From contig CADBZO010000004.1 of assembly GCA_902799185.1 (NCBI GenBank), positions 485 through 64,484 of the forward strand: a stretch of DNA of 64,000 bases. The letters run 5' to 3'. Of the stretch, positions 61,728 to 64,000 are shown piece by piece. The first letter of the stretch is position 1. Every line of letters begins with the position of its first letter. Source of the DNA: an uncultured Bacteroidales bacterium (GTDB lineage Bacteria > Bacteroidota > Bacteroidia > Bacteroidales > Paludibacteraceae). The notes below the pieces were generated by a model. It was not told where the DNA came from. It made no database searches and saw only the letters and a list, made by a program, of their open reading frames with translations. A program made the translations under genes and the position numbers.

Positions 61728-63701
61728 TTATTTGTTTAATAGTTGGCTATTCAGTTGTTTTAACGTCTCCAATACGTTGCAGCGGACGTGGATGAAGTTC
61801 TGGATGCCGAGCTTCTGGAGATCCTCCATGCAAGCCGGAGCACCGGCGACGATGAAGAGCTCTTTGGCGTTCTGGAGCTTCTTCCATGCCTTCGGCGCGA
61901 GGGTTGCGTACTCGTCGTCGGACGAACAGAGGACGATGATGTCCGCTTTCGCCTTGCGAGCCGCCTTGATACCTTCGGCGATAGTGGCAAAACCGTTGTT
62001 GTCGATGACCTTGTATCCTGCGCACGCGAGGAAGTTACAACTGAATTGCGCACGCGCAATACGCATAGCGAGGTTACCGATGGTCAGCATGAACGCAACC
62101 GGCTGTTTCTTAGCGGCTTCGGTCTCCAAACGGAGTTGTTCGAACTCCTCGGCAGCACGAGCCACAGGCAAGGTGGGCAACACCTCACCCCGACCCTCTC
62201 CCAAGGAGAGGGAGGAAGAATTACCACACGAGGAACCGCAGCCCTCTCCCCTTAGGGGAGAGTTGGAGAGAGGTGTTTTGCACGTACAAATACTACTGCA
62301 AGCACCGGCGTCGGCTTTGATCTTCTTGCCGGCTTTCTCGGTGAAGTTCGGGAACTGGTTGGAACCGAGCAGCACCTCTTTGCGTTTGGCTACGTCGTTG
62401 AGACGCGCTTTGAGGTTTGCCGCCATGTGCTCCTGCACCTTACCTTCGGCTACCATCTGGTACATACCGCCCTGCTCCTGGATAGCGAGGAACTGCTTCC
62501 ATGCCTCGGCAGCGATGGAGGCGGTCAGGTTCTCCAGATAATACGAACCGGCAGCCGGGTCCACAATCTTGTCGAAGTGTGCCTCCTCTTTGAGAAGCAG
62601 CTGCTGGTTGCGGGCGATACGCTCGGAGAAGTCGGTCGGACGCTCGTAGGTGATATCGAACGGCGTGACGGTGATCTCATCCACGCCTGCCAGAGCAGCA
62701 GACATCGTCTCGGTCTGCGTGCGGAGGAGGTTCACATACGCGTCGAAGATGGTCATATTGAAACGGCTGGTCTCGGCACTGACATTCATCTTAGCCGCAT
62801 TGCGGAGAGCGGTGGTGAAGATAGGCGCTTTGTATGCCTCTACAATCTTTGCCCACAGCAGACGCGCCGCACGGAACTTAGCCAGCTCCATGAAGTAGTT
62901 GCCGCCGATACCCATGTTGAAACGGATAGCGTTGGCAGCGCGGTAGTTAGGCACACCGGCTTCGGTGAGCATCGTCATGTACTCGGCACCCCAAGCGAGG
63001 GCGTAAGCGAGTTCCTGCGTAGCATATGCGCCGGAGTTGTTGAGGACAACAGAGTTCACACCCACTACGCGGTAACCCGGCAGCGCTTTGGCGGCTTTCA
63101 CCACCTCGGCGATCTTAGCCGATACCTGCTCACGGGTCAGCGGTTTGCCCTTGACGAGCATGTTCTTGATCGGGTCCACGTTGATGGAACCTACCATGTG
63201 CTTCACATCGTAGCCCATGCGGCCGTAGTAGCGCACGAGGATGTTCGCGAGCTTCGGCGCAGCGCAGGCGCAGATGGAGAAGTTGATGGCGATGCAGTCA
63301 GCGGCGATACCGTTGAGCAGCGTCTTGATGAAATGGTAGGTCAACTTCTCTTTGTCCAGACAAAAACCGAGGGAGTTGATACCCTTGTTGAGCACCTCGA
63401 GGGCTTTCTCGTTCGCCTTGCGTGCGTTCTTGCAGGCGCAGATGTTCTGACGGATAGCCCAGTCGTTGTTTGTACGCGTACCGCGGACGTAGGGGAACTG
63501 ACCGGGGGCGGAGACGGTGGTCTTGAGCCCTTTCAGGTCCTCACGGCGGTAGAACGGCTGCACGTTGAATCCTTCCGGCGTGCGCCATACCAGCTTCTTG
63601 TCGAAGTCGGCACCTTTCAGGTCAGCGATGATCTTGTCCTTCCATACTTGCGTGGAGACCGGCGCAAAATCCGCCAACATGTTTACTTTGTTTTCTGCCA
63701 T
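61728..63701 (-). CDS. mutA: Methylmalonyl-CoA mutase small (beta) subunit
   Basis: MCM-family fold without the DxHxxG motif. Lies immediately upstream of mutB on the same strand. Confidence 0.8.
   Translation of the reverse strand: MAENKVNMLADFAPVSTQVWKDKIIADLKGADFDKKLVWRTPEGFNVQPFYRREDLKGLKTTVSAPGQFPYVRGTRTNNDWAIRQNICACKNARKANEKALEVLNKGINSLGFCLDKEKLTYHFIKTLLNGIAADCIAINFSICACAAPKLANILVRYYGRMGYDVKHMVGSINVDPIKNMLVKGKPLTREQVSAKIAEVVKAAKALPGYRVVGVNSVVLNNSGAYATQELAYALAWGAEYMTMLTEAGVPNYRAANAIRFNMGIGGNYFMELAKFRAARLLWAKIVEAYKAPIFTTALRNAAKMNVSAETSRFNMTIFDAYVNLLRTQTETMSAALAGVDEITVTPFDITYERPTDFSERIARNQQLLLKEEAHFDKIVDPAAGSYYLENLTASIAAEAWKQFLAIQEQGGMYQMVAEGKVQEHMAANLKARLNDVAKRKEVLLGSNQFPNFTEKAGKKIKADAGACSSICTCKTPLSNSPLRGEGCGSSCGNSSSLSLGEGRGEVLPTLPVARAAEEFEQLRLETEAAKKQPVAFMLTIGNLAMRIARAQFSCNFLACAGYKVIDNNGFATIAEGIKAARKAKADIIVLCSSDDEYATLAPKAWKKLQNAKELFIVAGAPACMEDLQKLGIQNFIHVRCNVLETLKQLNSQLLNK
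62181..62276. repeat. 96-bp composite palindromic REP/MITE-like element inserted in frame in mutA
   Basis: Hairpins ccctctcc-caa-ggagaggg (62194-62212) and ctctcccc-tta-ggggagag (62244-62262). Outer inverted cacctc/gaggtg. Encodes ...PLSNSPLRGEGCGSS...SLSLGEGRGEV... Confidence 0.8.
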
Positions 63702-63772
63702 GCTATTAGTTAATTTAATGATTAATTAATAATGAATATCTTGTTTTTCGGGTGTTCTTCATAAAAACCGCA

Positions 63773-63780
63773 CAAAGTTA
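63773..63780 (-). promoter_or_regulatory. -7 box TAACTTTG upstream of mutA
   Basis: The plus strand reads caaagtta, about 72 nt upstream of the start at 63701. Confidence 0.4.
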
Positions 63781-63892
63781 CAATAAGTTTCGCATATATG
63801 CAAGAATTTTCGCCAAATTCTGCTCAAAAACTTTATTTTTATCCGTTTTCAACGCATTGCGAGCCATTTTTCTTGATTTTTGCGTCCCAAAA

Positions 63893-63926
63893 CAAAGAGA
63901 AGCGCCCGAAAGCACTTCTCTTTTTC
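63893..63926. terminator. Bidirectional terminator hairpin
   Basis: aaagagaagcgc-ccgaa-agcacttctcttttt. Confidence 0.6.
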
Positions 63927-63957
63927 ACAATTTCTTATCTCACATACGTTCAAACGG

Positions 63958-64000
63958 CTATTTCTTGCTCGCGTCGTAGGTCTCGACGGTTTTTGTTTGG
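63958..64000 (-). CDS. 3' end of a small gene (partial at window edge) homologous to the island lipoprotein 58232-58435
   Basis: The reverse strand reads ...QTKTVETYDASKK-stop, with the stop at 63958-63960. Confidence 0.4.
   Translation of the reverse strand, partial: QTKTVETYDASKK

Overview
This is a Bacteroidota (Bacteroidales-like) chromosomal window. Supporting evidence: a SusC/SusD pair, TAnnTTTG -7 promoter boxes, a tmRNA tag ending YALAA, and a mutA-mutB pair. It has three parts.
(1) Bases 1-33.5 kb are a G+C-rich glycan-utilisation region. It holds an amino-sugar/tagatose-6-P gene set (AgaS-like, GatZ/KbaZ-like, PfkB kinase, CE7-like esterase, NahK-like kinase), a DeoR/AgaR-like regulator and SusC/SusD. 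It also holds a clan GH-D glycosidase, a DUF4832-like protein, a DMT transporter and four very large secreted beta-helix proteins. Two of the beta-helix proteins are fused to purple-acid-phosphatase-like metallophosphoesterases.
(2) tmRNA (33671-34059) and tRNA-Ala(CGC) (34277-34349) are followed by about 24 kb of visibly lower-G+C accessory DNA. This starts with a defence island: an AlbA_2/Schlafen-like protein, DUF2971, and a type I R-M locus. The R-M locus contains a tyrosine recombinase, a direct-repeat hsdS cassette array, an FRG gene, an HsdR fused to an S24/LexA-like peptidase domain, and rhuM. Next comes a displaced 296-bp copy of the mutB 3' end (48804-49099). After it lies a roughly 10 kb integrase-less insert (49100-59116) with ORF-free structured DNA, a five-gene HNH/vWA operon, a broken Abi_2 gene and a module of small phage-like ORFs.
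(3) The methylmalonyl-CoA mutase genes. mutB is split by an internal deletion/frameshift. A GxxExxY gene cassette flanked by decamer-phased arrays sits between mutB and mutA. A 96-bp palindromic element is inserted in frame in mutA.
The native region also carries unusual period-7 tandem arrays at gene junctions and, for stop-free units, in frame inside genes. No rRNA, CRISPR array or transposase was seen.
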